This document shows, piece by piece, positions 29,518 through 39,650 of a stretch of 45,332 bases of DNA. The notes beneath the pieces are model-generated. The model saw only the letters and a list, made by a program, of their open reading frames with translations, did not search any database and was not told the origin of the DNA. Source of the stretch: a virus. The position numbers were made by a program, and so were the translations under genes. Numbering within the stretch: the stretch's first letter is position 1; the number at the start of each line of letters is the position of its first letter. The stretch lies in the IMG/VR virus record IMGVR_UViG_3300045988_041884. One strand, 5' to 3'.

Positions 29518-32500
29518 TACTGTAATCTCCTTTCTAACTCTTTGATGTGTTTTTCTTGCTCATCGACCTTTGCACTAAGTTCCTGTATGGCCTTAATGGC
29601 ATAATTGAGGAGGTACGGACTGTTAATCTGTTTAATGTCCATCTCGCCGTTTTCGTCATAACCGCCACCTAACGCCAAGTTCGGGTCGATTTCTTCCAGT
29701 TCGTCCGCTACGAAACCGATGTTTTGATGCCCACCTTTTTTCCAGTCGAACTGTCGGACTTTCATGCGATTGACTGTTTCGAGGGCGTCTGTTTCACTGT
29801 TTTTAACGTTCTCTTTTAAGCGGATGTCGGAAGCCTGTGTGCTTGTATATAGATAGTCTGTGCTAAAGTAAGATCCGCCCCATTTAGCACGGATTCCTAA
29901 ACGATTGCGCGTCATTGTTTCTCCGTAATCACTGCCTGTTCCCGAAGAAAGATAGGCCACTTGCGAACCATCTGCGCTTATGGACGCTACTGGCTGTCTT
30001 TTGACTTTGTTGGATGTTTTTGATTGATTCTCCAAGTCGTAAAACATAAGGGTTCCATCAGTTGAAAAATTCTTCCCAAGTTCGCATCCATCCGTAAAAA
30101 GTGAGTTCGTGTTTATTCGGACTTTATTTTTTAAATAGCGAATGATATATCCGTCCCACGTGTGGTTAGTTCCTTCCTCCCAAAGCTCTTCAACTTTATT
30201 TTGAACATTCTGTGCGTACAATCCGTACTTCCCGAGTATCAGCGCATTATAGTTATCTGAATCCGTATAGTTCGTATATAGTCGCAATCCGACAGTATTG
30301 AGAGATACCATTGGATTCCCAGTGTTTTTATTAAGTACGACATATCCGGTATATCCTAATCTCGATATCAGATTTCCGTCAGCATCGTAAATTTTCAGCT
30401 GACCGTTTCCGTTATTCACACCGCCAAGGATAATAGTACCACCTTTCATGGCGTTGAATGAAATATACAGCGTCTGGTTTCCGCTTTCGTCCTTGCCGTA
30501 ATATAGCCCCTTGAACTTTCCGCCGTCTGACAGGATATCAACTATCTGTTCCTGTGTCAGTGCTGCTACATCAATCGCAACCGCATACGTCTGCTGTTCA
30601 GCCAATTTCGTCTTTGACTGGTCAAAGTACAGCGAAACTCTAAGCATGTCGTGTGCACTAAGAGATAAATTATCTACATTTATTTTAAGCCTATCCAGAG
30701 CTGCCGATTGCGATACTGTCAAGGCTGTCCATGTAGATCCATTATTCGTGGATTTTTCAAGTTTCCACCAGCCGGACTGACTATGACTTAATGCGCTACT
30801 GCCGTCTCTGTAGTAAGAATCTACGATAAGCGGAGATGGCGTTATCTTCTTATCTGCTCCCATCAGCAAAATATCAGCATTTGACTGGAAAAAATAAGTC
30901 CTTCCAGGCTCTCCCTGTTCACCTTTTGTTTTTATCCAGGTATATTTCGCTGGTTCTGTGCTGTCTGGTTTTGTATAATCTGTATAATTTCCAATGTATT
31001 CTTTATCAACGCTGTCATCTACAGAGAAATCTTTTTTACCATCCGCACTGTTGGCATAAGCGATATGGAAATACGGCGTTTTACCATCTGCTCCCGGTTT
31101 ACCCGGAAGTCCATCTGATCCGTTTGCACCTTTTACTAGCGTCCATCTGTATTTCGCCGGATCTGTGCTGTCTGGCTCTTCAAAATCCACATACATACCA
31201 ATATATTCGCGGTTGCTGTCCGATACAGAGAAATCCTTTTTGCCATCTGCACTGTTGGCGTATGCAAGGTGTGTATATTGTGTCTTTCCATCTTTGCCGT
31301 CTTTTCCGGGGATGCCGTTCGCTCCATCTTTGCCGTCGTAGCCATCAACGCCACGGAACCGGCTCCATATATAGTCTGCTGGATTGGTACTTTCTGTAGC
31401 CGTGTCCTTATTCGTTGCGATGCCGATATAGGTTGCCTGTGTCACCGTATAGATTTGCTCTCCGGCACTGTCCAGAATCGGGATACCGGTGGAGTCCAGT
31501 AACTTCACATAATCGGGGTTGTCTGACATGTCGAGACCGTCTGGTCTTGTAGCGTATTTCATCCACGTGTAAGAAGATTTTCCGTCTGCTCCTTTCGGTC
31601 CCTGTACGCCTTGGTCGCCCTCGAATTTCGCCCACGTGTACTTGCTCGGGTCGGTGCTGTCAACACCGGAAAAGTCCGTATAAGTTCCGATATACTTGCT
31701 TGGTGTCTTACTCATCTGCGCCGCTGTCGGGTTCTGTACCGGTGCGTACCGGATGTGCAGATACGTTGTCTTTCCGTTAGTTCCAATGCCCGGGATTCCC
31801 TGCGGCCCGGCGTACTGTTTCGCAAGTGAGAACTGTTTTGATACGACAAGGTTATTCAGATATGCTGCCTTAATGTTCACCCATCCGCTGTCTGCGGTCA
31901 GCCCGGTAACAGTGTACGTCTTAGTTTCCTTATTCCAATTTCCCTGTATGTTCTGCGACGTTGTAATCGTGTACGTACAGTTATCCGTGATATCCTGTGT
32001 GCCGTACATGACGGTCGCCGTTGTGGTACACTCCGGGAACTCTGTATAGTTACCGTTGCTGTCAACTGGGATGCCTTGATAGTCGTTATCAAGCTGCATG
32101 GTCATGTTTCTAGCTAGGGACACTGCATTCTCAACATCATCAAGTTTTTCGCTAAGGGCCTTTCCACCGATAGTCACACAGCTTCCGTCAAGGGTAACTG
32201 ATCCTGTATCCATATCCGCCTCAAATATCACATCTCCGCTCTTATCTCTTACAATGAGCGTTCCTGCGTTGATATAGTCGGCATTGATGCCCTCTGCGTA
32301 GAGCAGTCTGGTTATTAATTCACCAGTCACTGCAAAGCCGTAAGGATACGTTTTTCCGCCATCAATCGACACAGCAAACGCTTCCGCTGTCAGTTTCCAG
32401 ATGATGTTAGATTCCGCCACGGTTGCTTTGTTGTGCATGTAGTATATGATACTACCGTCCTGCTGCGGCTTCTGCGTCATATATAGACCACTAGAAGATT

Positions 32501-33746
32501 TAAGCGTTTCAGCTAATCTCTGTATAGCCTCTTCTCTTGCGGACGTTTCTTTTTGCACCATTTGACGTGCCGCAACTATAGCCTTTGTGCTGTTTCCGTA
32601 AAAGTCACTGCTACCTCTGATCGGATCATCAGCCTGTGTCTTAACTGTAGTCAGACCGCCCACGTTACCTGATACATCTGTCAGAGGAGTAAAGTACTTA
32701 TTCCCTAAACGGTCGTAAGTGTACACCATGTCGCCAAACTCGACAAGCGGGTTATACACCAGATCGCCCTCAAGATTCCGGAATCGTGCCCCTACAATCT
32801 GTTCACCAATGATATTTGCTACCGTCTGTAGCTGATCGGTGTCAATCAACTCGTTCTCAAGTTCAAGGACATACCCCTCTTCTCCGTACATGCCGGAATA
32901 ATCAGTATCAGTATCGTCGTTTGACTGCCCGTTTGTTACCTTGATTCCGGTTATGACTATATCGTCACTGGAAAGTGTAGGTGGATTGCCGTAGTCTTTT
33001 AGTTCCGATATATTCGTCCTTTCAAAGTCCCATTTTACAAACTGTAGATTCCCGGAATAATCAATCCGGGCATTCGCAGACTCAATCATAGCCGCATACC
33101 CAAACAACTGGCGGAACGTCATACTGTCCGGAATCTTTCTTATTATAATATTGCCATGGTTCATGGTTAGATTCATGCCTATGCCGACAGTCCTACAGGC
33201 ATCTCTGACAAGGTTAATAAGCGACTGCGGCAGTTTTAATCCGCTGGTATACGTCTTATTCGCCTTATACATATCGTCCAACGCCGTAACATTGATGATA
33301 TCTGAGTACTGCTCCGGCGTAGTGACTGTATAGATGCCCTTGTCAATGGTTTCAATGATGCCTTTTGCGGCTGCCTGTGTTACGATGATAGGATCACCGG
33401 TACTGTCCAGAATCGGATTATAACTTTCATCTAACAGTGTGCTTACAGATTCCGGCGCCGCATACGACGTCTGAAGCTTCAGATAAGCATGAATCTTAGC
33501 TCCGTAAAAGTTGTAGTTCTTCCATTGCTCCTGATCGTTATTAATGCTCAGTGTCAGTGTTTTACAGATAGTAGCTCCGACCGGGAAACTGCTGCTTTCT
33601 GCACAGTCAGAAAACCCGTTGTCACCGTTCATGATATCTCTATTAATAGTTTTTTTTGCCCCGTCAGGAAAGGTGATATCCACTACCATTCTGACCGGTT
33701 CGCCAGCTTCAAGTTTTTCTCTAAATGCGTTACTTACATTAATCAC
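29517..33746 (-). CDS. 1409-aa tail tip/fibre protein with collagen-like spacers, repeated modules and a C-terminal S74-type intramolecular chaperone domain
   Basis: GTG 33746 lies 7 nt after GGGGTGA. Gly-X-Y runs are present. The C-terminus SDIRLKENV...VRQFDWKKGGHQNIGFVADELEEIDPNL...LLNYAIKAIQEL is followed by a coiled coil. Confidence 0.85.
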   Translation of the reverse strand: MINVSNAFREKLEAGEPVRMVVDITFPDGAKKTINRDIMNGDNGFSDCAESSSFPVGATICKTLTLSINNDQEQWKNYNFYGAKIHAYLKLQTSYAAPESVSTLLDESYNPILDSTGDPIIVTQAAAKGIIETIDKGIYTVTTPEQYSDIINVTALDDMYKANKTYTSGLKLPQSLINLVRDACRTVGIGMNLTMNHGNIIIRKIPDSMTFRQLFGYAAMIESANARIDYSGNLQFVKWDFERTNISELKDYGNPPTLSSDDIVITGIKVTNGQSNDDTDTDYSGMYGEEGYVLELENELIDTDQLQTVANIIGEQIVGARFRNLEGDLVYNPLVEFGDMVYTYDRLGNKYFTPLTDVSGNVGGLTTVKTQADDPIRGSSDFYGNSTKAIVAARQMVQKETSAREEAIQRLAETLKSSSGLYMTQKPQQDGSIIYYMHNKATVAESNIIWKLTAEAFAVSIDGGKTYPYGFAVTGELITRLLYAEGINADYINAGTLIVRDKSGDVIFEADMDTGSVTLDGSCVTIGGKALSEKLDDVENAVSLARNMTMQLDNDYQGIPVDSNGNYTEFPECTTTATVMYGTQDITDNCTYTITTSQNIQGNWNKETKTYTVTGLTADSGWVNIKAAYLNNLVVSKQFSLAKQYAGPQGIPGIGTNGKTTYLHIRYAPVQNPTAAQMSKTPSKYIGTYTDFSGVDSTDPSKYTWAKFEGDQGVQGPKGADGKSSYTWMKYATRPDGLDMSDNPDYVKLLDSTGIPILDSAGEQIYTVTQATYIGIATNKDTATESTNPADYIWSRFRGVDGYDGKDGANGIPGKDGKDGKTQYTHLAYANSADGKKDFSVSDSNREYIGMYVDFEEPDSTDPAKYRWTLVKGANGSDGLPGKPGADGKTPYFHIAYANSADGKKDFSVDDSVDKEYIGNYTDYTKPDSTEPAKYTWIKTKGEQGEPGRTYFFQSNADILLMGADKKITPSPLIVDSYYRDGSSALSHSQSGWWKLEKSTNNGSTWTALTVSQSAALDRLKINVDNLSLSAHDMLRVSLYFDQSKTKLAEQQTYAVAIDVAALTQEQIVDILSDGGKFKGLYYGKDESGNQTLYISFNAMKGGTIILGGVNNGNGQLKIYDADGNLISRLGYTGYVVLNKNTGNPMVSLNTVGLRLYTNYTDSDNYNALILGKYGLYAQNVQNKVEELWEEGTNHTWDGYIIRYLKNKVRINTNSLFTDGCELGKNFSTDGTLMFYDLENQSKTSNKVKRQPVASISADGSQVAYLSSGTGSDYGETMTRNRLGIRAKWGGSYFSTDYLYTSTQASDIRLKENVKNSETDALETVNRMKVRQFDWKKGGHQNIGFVADELEEIDPNLALGGGYDENGEMDIKQINSPYLLNYAIKAIQELSAKVDEQEKHIKELERRLQ
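30900..31815 (-). repeat. Intragenic repeats: four to five ~60-70-aa modules separated by Gly-X-Y triplet runs
   Basis: Modules of the form GKT.Y.H.AYANSADGKKDFSV.DS..EYIG.Y.D...PDST.PAKY.W. Spacers are GDQGVQGPKGADGKS, GVDGYDGKDGANGIPGKDGKDGKT, GANGSDGLPGKPGADGKT and GEQGEPG. Confidence 0.85.
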
Positions 33747-34117
33747 AGTGGATTCACCCCTATCATGTTAAATTCTAATGTTGACATAAACTTTCTATCG
33801 TCCGACAGGTCTCCGATAGCTATGTTTTGCGTCTCCCCCACGTAGAACGGAGCGTCTCTCCAAACTCCGTAATACGGTGAAAAATAATGAAGCGTAAATT
33901 TATATCCTTTCGCTACCATCTGCAAAATTTTGGTTGATTCCTCCATTGGGAGATTACTGGCTTTGTACGTATACCGCTCTACAGTAAACATCGGCGTAAA
34001 GTATCCCACACCGTACTGTGTCCTCTGGCTGGATTCCGTGTAAGTCGTGGCAAAGGAGAGCTCAAGGTCTTTATCCGGTTGCCAAATTACTGATCCGTTG
34101 ATTTTGTACTTTTCCAT
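33743..34117 (-). CDS. Putative short distal-tail (Dit-like) protein
   Basis: Position between the tape measure and the tip protein. ATG 34117 follows AAGGAGGG. At 124 aa it is short for a Dit. Confidence 0.45.
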   Translation of the reverse strand: MEKYKINGSVIWQPDKDLELSFATTYTESSQRTQYGVGYFTPMFTVERYTYKASNLPMEESTKILQMVAKGYKFTLHYFSPYYGVWRDAPFYVGETQNIAIGDLSDDRKFMSTLEFNMIGVNPL

Positions 34118-34130
34118 AACGCCCTCCTTC

Positions 34131-37049
34131 CTATGCCATCTCAAACGGGTTTCTGCCGCTTGTATCTCGTCTCATCTGCGCTTCTTTCATCATCTCATCA
34201 AACAGTGTCCTGCGGTTGATCTGAGCTGTAAATCGGTAGCTTCCGCCGCCGGTCTGTCGTCCTGCTGTTTCTTCCCGGACGATCTTTCTGAGCAGAGCTT
34301 CCGGCGTCTCGATGTTATTGCCCTGCTTCTGATCTCCTAAGACTGCAAGGAACTCACTTCGAGGTGGGATGACTGCGCCTTTAGCCAAATATGGGACTGT
34401 CGGAACACGTGGAAACGTAGCCTTAAACCCGATAGTCTTTGAGCCGAATGGGGTCGGTACTTTCCAAGGTCCGAATGAGAACGCGGATTCAACTGCGCTA
34501 ACAACCCCATTTACCTTGCTGATAGCGCCGTTTACAACACTTATGATATTGTTCAAAACAGACCTGATAGCATCTCTCATTCCATTAAATACATTGACCA
34601 CAGTGTTTTTAGCGGATGTGAATTTATCAACAATAGCATTCTTGATTCTTTCAACAAAACCACTAACGGTAGACCATATAGCATTCCATTTCTGATGTGC
34701 GCTGGTCTTTATGTTTCCCCAAATGGTCGTCATCTTGGTAGCTAGACCTCTGAGTTTATTCCCAATATCCTCGACAAAACGCCTTGTTTTATTAGAAATC
34801 CAATCCCATACCTTTCCAGCCATTTCTTTGATTTTGTCCCAGTTTTTATACAGCAAAACACCAATTGTGATAGCCGCTGCGATAGCTACGACTACTAAAC
34901 CAAATGGACTTGTCAAAAATGCGACTGCCGCACTAAGAGCTTTTGTAGCAGCTGTTGCAATTATGCAAATAGCATTCCATGCCGTTGTTGCTGCTGTCAT
35001 TGCTACCTGAGCAGCTGTATTGGCGATCTTAACCGCAGTATTTGCAACGAAAGCAGCCGCCTGTTTTCCAAGTGATACTACGGTCTGTGCAACACTTACG
35101 ACAAAATCTTTTGCATACAGGGCAGTCAGATATGCAGTCTCGGCTTTATCTATCAACTTTGCCGCAACATTTTCATATATTGCCGCTTTTATCAGATTCA
35201 GTACGCCTACGACGCCTCCTGCTTGCTGAATAAATGAAAGAAGTTCTACTGTTTTCCAAGCTGCAAAAAAAGCTGCTATAACCCCGATATTGTCAGAAAA
35301 TGTTTTGACCACTGTCGTAAGCAAATTGATAGCTGTCGGAAGCCCTGATTCGATAATCCACTTCAACATTGGCAGAATTACATTTTTGTAAATCCATTCA
35401 AGTACATTTCCAATAGATTTCAGAATTGGAGCAAAAGTTGCTGTCAGATTACTGATAGATTCCAACAGCGGATAGAAGTCCAAATTTGCCGCCCATGTTG
35501 CCGTATCTTCTGCGATTTTCTCAACAAACTGCATGACCACCACAAGAGCGTCTGCAATGTTCTGCACGATCTGTGTTCCGACATTGTTCTTATTCCACGC
35601 ATCCGCAAAACCGGATGCAATGTTCCCGATAGTTTTAAGCACATTCTGAGCAATCTTAAGCATGGTCGTAAGCATCGTCGTACCTGTACCATTTGTCCAG
35701 ACCTCTACAAGGCTTTTACCTACACTCTTAGCGAGTTTTGCAATTCCCGACAAGGCAATGTTTGCCGCGTCAATGGTGTTATTGCCCTCTTTTTTCCAAG
35801 CATCCTGAAATGGTTTCCAGAGTTTTTTAAGGAGTTTCGCAAGTCTTTCAGCCGATTTGCTGATTTTATCCAGAGCAGTTTCGCCCTCTGCTACTTTTCC
35901 GTAATCTACGTTGCTGACCGCACTCGGAAGAGATGTTCCGCCACCGCCACTGCCGCTACCGGACGTCGACGGAGTTTTGCTTGCTGTTGATGATGCATCC
36001 TGTGTAGAATACCGATTAATCTCATCAAGTGGACTAAGATATCCTTTTGCCGCTTTTGCCGCATCTTTTGTGGCGTCAGCCACATCTTCCGTAGAATCCG
36101 CAAGCTTACCGGCGTTGTCTGCCGCCTGTCCATAAGCGTCTGCCGTGTCCTGCACGCCACTTGCATCGCCTGTCAGGCCTGCTCCGCTTCCGCTTGTCTG
36201 ACCAGATGATTTCTTTCCAGTGATAAGCTCCGTGAATGACTTGAAGGCATTTGCCAGAGTTGCCAGTTTGCCTAGCAGAATATTAATAACTTTCAGAACA
36301 GGCGTGAAAATATTAATCAATCCCTGTCCGACTGTTGCCTTGAGAGACTGTAACTGCAATTGCATCACTCGCACCTGGTTCGCCCAGCTGTCAGAAGTAC
36401 GAATAAAGTCACCAGATGCGGCAGATAGCTGCTTCTGCACAAAAGCCAGACGGAGAGCCACTTTTTCCTGTTCTGTCATTTCAGATGTGGTTTTTCCGTA
36501 GCCATTAGCCAGTGCATACTGGTCAAGTGCTGACTGGGTCATTACCACGCCAAGATCCTTGAGCGTTTCTGTTTCGCCTGTAAACACTGATTTCAGCTTG
36601 ATATAAGCCAAGTCCTGACTAATGTTATAGAATGATGCCACATCACCAGTCAGCTGTGTCAGGGCTGTTGACATGTCGTAAGCCTGTGCCTCAGAGAAAC
36701 CGAACGACTTAGACATTGCTCCGAACGTTCCGACATACCTTTTTGCCATTGTCTCTGACAGTCCGGCTGAGGTCATGGCGTTCTTTGCAAATTCATTGAC
36801 CTTATCCGACATGGTTGTAAATGTAACATCAACCACGTTCTGAACTTCTGCCAAATCAGAGCCAAGTTCCACACATTCTTTTCCGAACTGTACCAATTTG
36901 CCGACAGCAAACGCCCCACCAATCAGCAGGCCGATTCTTTTTACAGCACTTCCAAGGCCGTTAAATGACTGTTTTATAGCTGATACGCCTTTTTGGACAC
37001 CGGTTGTATCCATCCTGGTATCAATAATGACTGAGCCATCAGCAGCCAT
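34131..37049 (-). CDS. Tape measure protein
   Basis: 972 aa, helical and A/G/T-rich with hydrophobic central segments. Position after the chaperone genes. AGGAGGTGA RBS. Confidence 0.9.
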   Translation of the reverse strand: MAADGSVIIDTRMDTTGVQKGVSAIKQSFNGLGSAVKRIGLLIGGAFAVGKLVQFGKECVELGSDLAEVQNVVDVTFTTMSDKVNEFAKNAMTSAGLSETMAKRYVGTFGAMSKSFGFSEAQAYDMSTALTQLTGDVASFYNISQDLAYIKLKSVFTGETETLKDLGVVMTQSALDQYALANGYGKTTSEMTEQEKVALRLAFVQKQLSAASGDFIRTSDSWANQVRVMQLQLQSLKATVGQGLINIFTPVLKVINILLGKLATLANAFKSFTELITGKKSSGQTSGSGAGLTGDASGVQDTADAYGQAADNAGKLADSTEDVADATKDAAKAAKGYLSPLDEINRYSTQDASSTASKTPSTSGSGSGGGGTSLPSAVSNVDYGKVAEGETALDKISKSAERLAKLLKKLWKPFQDAWKKEGNNTIDAANIALSGIAKLAKSVGKSLVEVWTNGTGTTMLTTMLKIAQNVLKTIGNIASGFADAWNKNNVGTQIVQNIADALVVVMQFVEKIAEDTATWAANLDFYPLLESISNLTATFAPILKSIGNVLEWIYKNVILPMLKWIIESGLPTAINLLTTVVKTFSDNIGVIAAFFAAWKTVELLSFIQQAGGVVGVLNLIKAAIYENVAAKLIDKAETAYLTALYAKDFVVSVAQTVVSLGKQAAAFVANTAVKIANTAAQVAMTAATTAWNAICIIATAATKALSAAVAFLTSPFGLVVVAIAAAITIGVLLYKNWDKIKEMAGKVWDWISNKTRRFVEDIGNKLRGLATKMTTIWGNIKTSAHQKWNAIWSTVSGFVERIKNAIVDKFTSAKNTVVNVFNGMRDAIRSVLNNIISVVNGAISKVNGVVSAVESAFSFGPWKVPTPFGSKTIGFKATFPRVPTVPYLAKGAVIPPRSEFLAVLGDQKQGNNIETPEALLRKIVREETAGRQTGGGSYRFTAQINRRTLFDEMMKEAQMRRDTSGRNPFEMA

Positions 37050-37064
37050 GCGTTCACCTCCTAA

Positions 37065-37637
37065 CTATTTGAGGTTCAACATCTCATTCAGCGCATCCTT
37101 ATACGCTTGCTCTTCTTCGCTGAGACGTGTTTTTATATCAATAATGTTCTTGTTTTCTTGATAGAATTTCTTTTCCCATTTGTCGAGCTTTTCACCCTTT
37201 GCCTTTTTTGACCGGATTCCAACTACGGTATTAAAAAGGCACTCGCCGGATTCCATAAAATATCCGAAAAACGTCCACCAGTGCATATAAGGCACTGCTC
37301 TGATTTCTTTGCCAGCAACCTTGTTTACAGCCGGCACGATCATGTCTCCGTCTTGTTCCCAGTCCATCAAACGGGGCTTTGGGTGGTTCGGGTTATCGTC
37401 CAACTGCCCGCAGTCGATGAACTCCGATGCTTTCTGGCAAGCTTCGTCCCAGCACTCAGACGGTATGCTTTGCCAGTCCTCAAACAGAATCTGCAACATA
37501 ACAACTGCTTTCGCCTGCTCGTCCAGTTCTGGGTCATTCATGGCTATGAGAATATCAATAATCGCTCGAAAATCGGTTCTAATAGAAAAATCCACCCCAC
37601 TTATATTGAGTGAGGTGGGAAGCTCATAGGCGGTCAT
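37065..37637 (-). CDS. Phage Gp15-family protein (tail assembly)
   Basis: MTAYELPTSLNISGVDFSIRTDFRAIIDIL pattern, and the position before the tape measure gene. Confidence 0.65.
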   Translation of the reverse strand: MTAYELPTSLNISGVDFSIRTDFRAIIDILIAMNDPELDEQAKAVVMLQILFEDWQSIPSECWDEACQKASEFIDCGQLDDNPNHPKPRLMDWEQDGDMIVPAVNKVAGKEIRAVPYMHWWTFFGYFMESGECLFNTVVGIRSKKAKGEKLDKWEKKFYQENKNIIDIKTRLSEEEQAYKDALNEMLNLK

Positions 37638-38059
37638 TTTGCATACTTTTCCGTATACTTATTGACTGCTGCCTGCATTTTCTTTTTTCTCTTTTCAATT
37701 TCCGGTGCGATTGCTTCTGCGATCTTATCCAAAACAATGTAAACGAACACCTGACCATTACCGAAAACAGTGGTTGCTGTGATCGGTTCCTTGAACAAGT
37801 CTTTTGACGCTTCATATCCGAGCAGATAGTTGATTTTGTCTTCGATCTGTTTATTCAGTTCAGCCATTTCTTTGCCGGAAGTGACTTTCTGGATAGAATC
37901 CTTAAGCTGCTCAAAGTATTCTGTCAGCTCTTCTGCACGTGCTGCCACATTGATATCCGTCGGGTTAAGCTTGAAAGAAGAAAAAACTTCATCTTCATTG
38001 TTGGTGAATGTAAAAATGAGAATTCCATCATCAATTTTGGTATTAATTACTTTTGCCAT
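37634..38059 (-). CDS. Tail assembly chaperone-like protein
   Basis: Position between the major tail and Gp15-like genes. ATGA overlap with the next gene. Confidence 0.6.
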   Translation of the reverse strand: MAKVINTKIDDGILIFTFTNNEDEVFSSFKLNPTDINVAARAEELTEYFEQLKDSIQKVTSGKEMAELNKQIEDKINYLLGYEASKDLFKEPITATTVFGNGQVFVYIVLDKIAEAIAPEIEKRKKKMQAAVNKYTEKYAK

Positions 38060-38085
38060 TTAGTGCATCCTCCTTGTATATGTGC

Positions 38086-38586
38086 TTATTCGCTGTCAGC
38101 TGTGAACGTACCGGAACTGATGTCAAATTTTCCTTTTACACGTTCGCCGACATAGTTAACGGTAAATGGAATCTGATAGCCGGATGTATCGCCGCCGTAG
38201 CTTGTCGGCACAACGTAGCAGTCCTGCTGATATGCTTCATACTTGCCTGCTGTGGCTTCTGTCCAGAGATGAACTTCAACTGCTTTTGTTTTGAGGTTAT
38301 CGTCTTTGAGACGTCCATCTACGATCTTCTGTAATGCTGTGAACAGGTCTGATGTGGTATCTGCATAGAACGGATCAGCGTCAGAAGAAACTTCGTAGCC
38401 GTTATGCTTGAATGTGGATTCTCCAAGAATATTTTTAGACGTTTCAGTATCTGGATTGAGTTCAACGTTATACTCTTCCAGATCCTTTCCAAGACGCTCA
38501 TATTTCGGTGTCAGTCCTCCGCAGAGGGAACCTGCATCAATGTAATGAGCCATATATTTACGGTCAATCTTGCCTGTAACTGCCAT
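38086..38586 (-). CDS. Major tail protein (TP901-1/phi13-like)
   Basis: 166 aa. N-terminal AVTGKIDRKYMAHYID and the position in the tail module. Confidence 0.75.
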   Translation of the reverse strand: MAVTGKIDRKYMAHYIDAGSLCGGLTPKYERLGKDLEEYNVELNPDTETSKNILGESTFKHNGYEVSSDADPFYADTTSDLFTALQKIVDGRLKDDNLKTKAVEVHLWTEATAGKYEAYQQDCYVVPTSYGGDTSGYQIPFTVNYVGERVKGKFDISSGTFTADSE

Positions 38587-38667
38587 AGAAATGTCCTTTC
38601 TGCCTATAACTTTTAAAAGGCTGTGTAGGTTAGCGACTATCTCCGATTGATAGCCGGTTGTTACTTG

Positions 38668-39168
38668 TTATATTACTTCATAAGTGTTTTCGTAGCGTAC
38701 CGACAATGGCAATAACCAATCCTGCACGCCACTCTCCTGTGGCTCTAAACCATAAGAGTTATCACGTGTGATACGTTTTATCACTCGTCCCTGCGAAAGT
38801 TCAGGAAACGCATTTAAACGTGTCTCAGAGCCATTTATGACAACTGGTTCTCGGCATATCCATTTACCAAGATTGTCAAGGAACTTCTGAACAGATAACT
38901 TCTGCCGTTCTTTGTCAGATGCTGTTCGGTATACCACATAAAATGGATACTGACATATCTGATGCATTGTTCCACAAACATCTTCTTTCTCTGAATAAAT
39001 CAACGCCCCGTTGTCTGCCGAGAACGCAATTCCGGATTCTTTGCCAAGTTCCTCAAATTTGATTGCTTCATTTTCATATAGTCCCGGATACTGGTTCAGA
39101 AGTGCTTTCATGGCATCTGTCAGAATTTCATATCCGGTTGCATCTTTTCCGATAGGTTTATCCGCCAT
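38668..39168 (-). CDS. Neck/tail-completion protein
   Basis: Track ORF 38668..39177. ATG 39168 lies 5 nt after GGAGGTGG. Assigned by position. Confidence 0.55.
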   Translation of the reverse strand: MADKPIGKDATGYEILTDAMKALLNQYPGLYENEAIKFEELGKESGIAFSADNGALIYSEKEDVCGTMHQICQYPFYVVYRTASDKERQKLSVQKFLDNLGKWICREPVVINGSETRLNAFPELSQGRVIKRITRDNSYGLEPQESGVQDWLLPLSVRYENTYEVI

Positions 39169-39649
39169 GTCTACCACCTCCTGCCTGTGCTTTTACTTTG
39201 CGAATCCATGTACTGCCGTATTGTCGTTTGGCGGCATCGAACCACTTTGCCTGTGCCCGTGGGTGAGCCTGTTTGGTGTATTCAAGGTTTTCCTTTGCGG
39301 CTGTCTGACCAGAAAACTGACTAACGAGGACTTTCTTGGCTCCACGTCTTGCGTAGGGACTTCCGGTTGCTTCGTCAACCATTCCTTTTCCCTCATACAG
39401 AAAGCGTCCATAAGGAGCAGCCGCAGCACACACAAGTCCAGTTCCTTGCAATGATATGCTTTCAATTCTTGTCCGATTGATGAAATTTCCAGTAATCATT
39501 GGCATAAACGGAACCATACTGTCCATAACCATTCCATCAAGGAGATACTGGGCTTCTTGATACTGTCTGGAGAACCTGTCCATATTCAGCTTTATTTTCA
39601 TATCCCCATTAACTACGGAGAATCCTTTGAAATGATGAATCTTACTCAT
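39158..39649 (-). CDS. Minor capsid/neck protein (HK97 gp10-like)
   Basis: Pattern FMPMITGNFINRT ... APYGRFLYEG ... AHPRAQAKWFD, plus position. Confidence 0.6.
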   Translation of the reverse strand: MSKIHHFKGFSVVNGDMKIKLNMDRFSRQYQEAQYLLDGMVMDSMVPFMPMITGNFINRTRIESISLQGTGLVCAAAAPYGRFLYEGKGMVDEATGSPYARRGAKKVLVSQFSGQTAAKENLEYTKQAHPRAQAKWFDAAKRQYGSTWIRKVKAQAGGGRHGG

Positions 39650-39650
39650 A

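Noticed and set aside
30511-32092. Several 60-190-aa ORFs antisense or out of frame inside the tail-fibre gene (for example 30836..31399 +)
   Set aside because: They are shadow ORFs of a long, repeat-rich gene with no translation signals. The repeats keep alternative frames open by chance.
37634-38059. Programmed -1 frameshift between the two tail-chaperone genes (G/GT type)
   Set aside because: The two ORFs are joined by a simple ATGA stop/start overlap. I found no slippery heptamer near the end of the first ORF.
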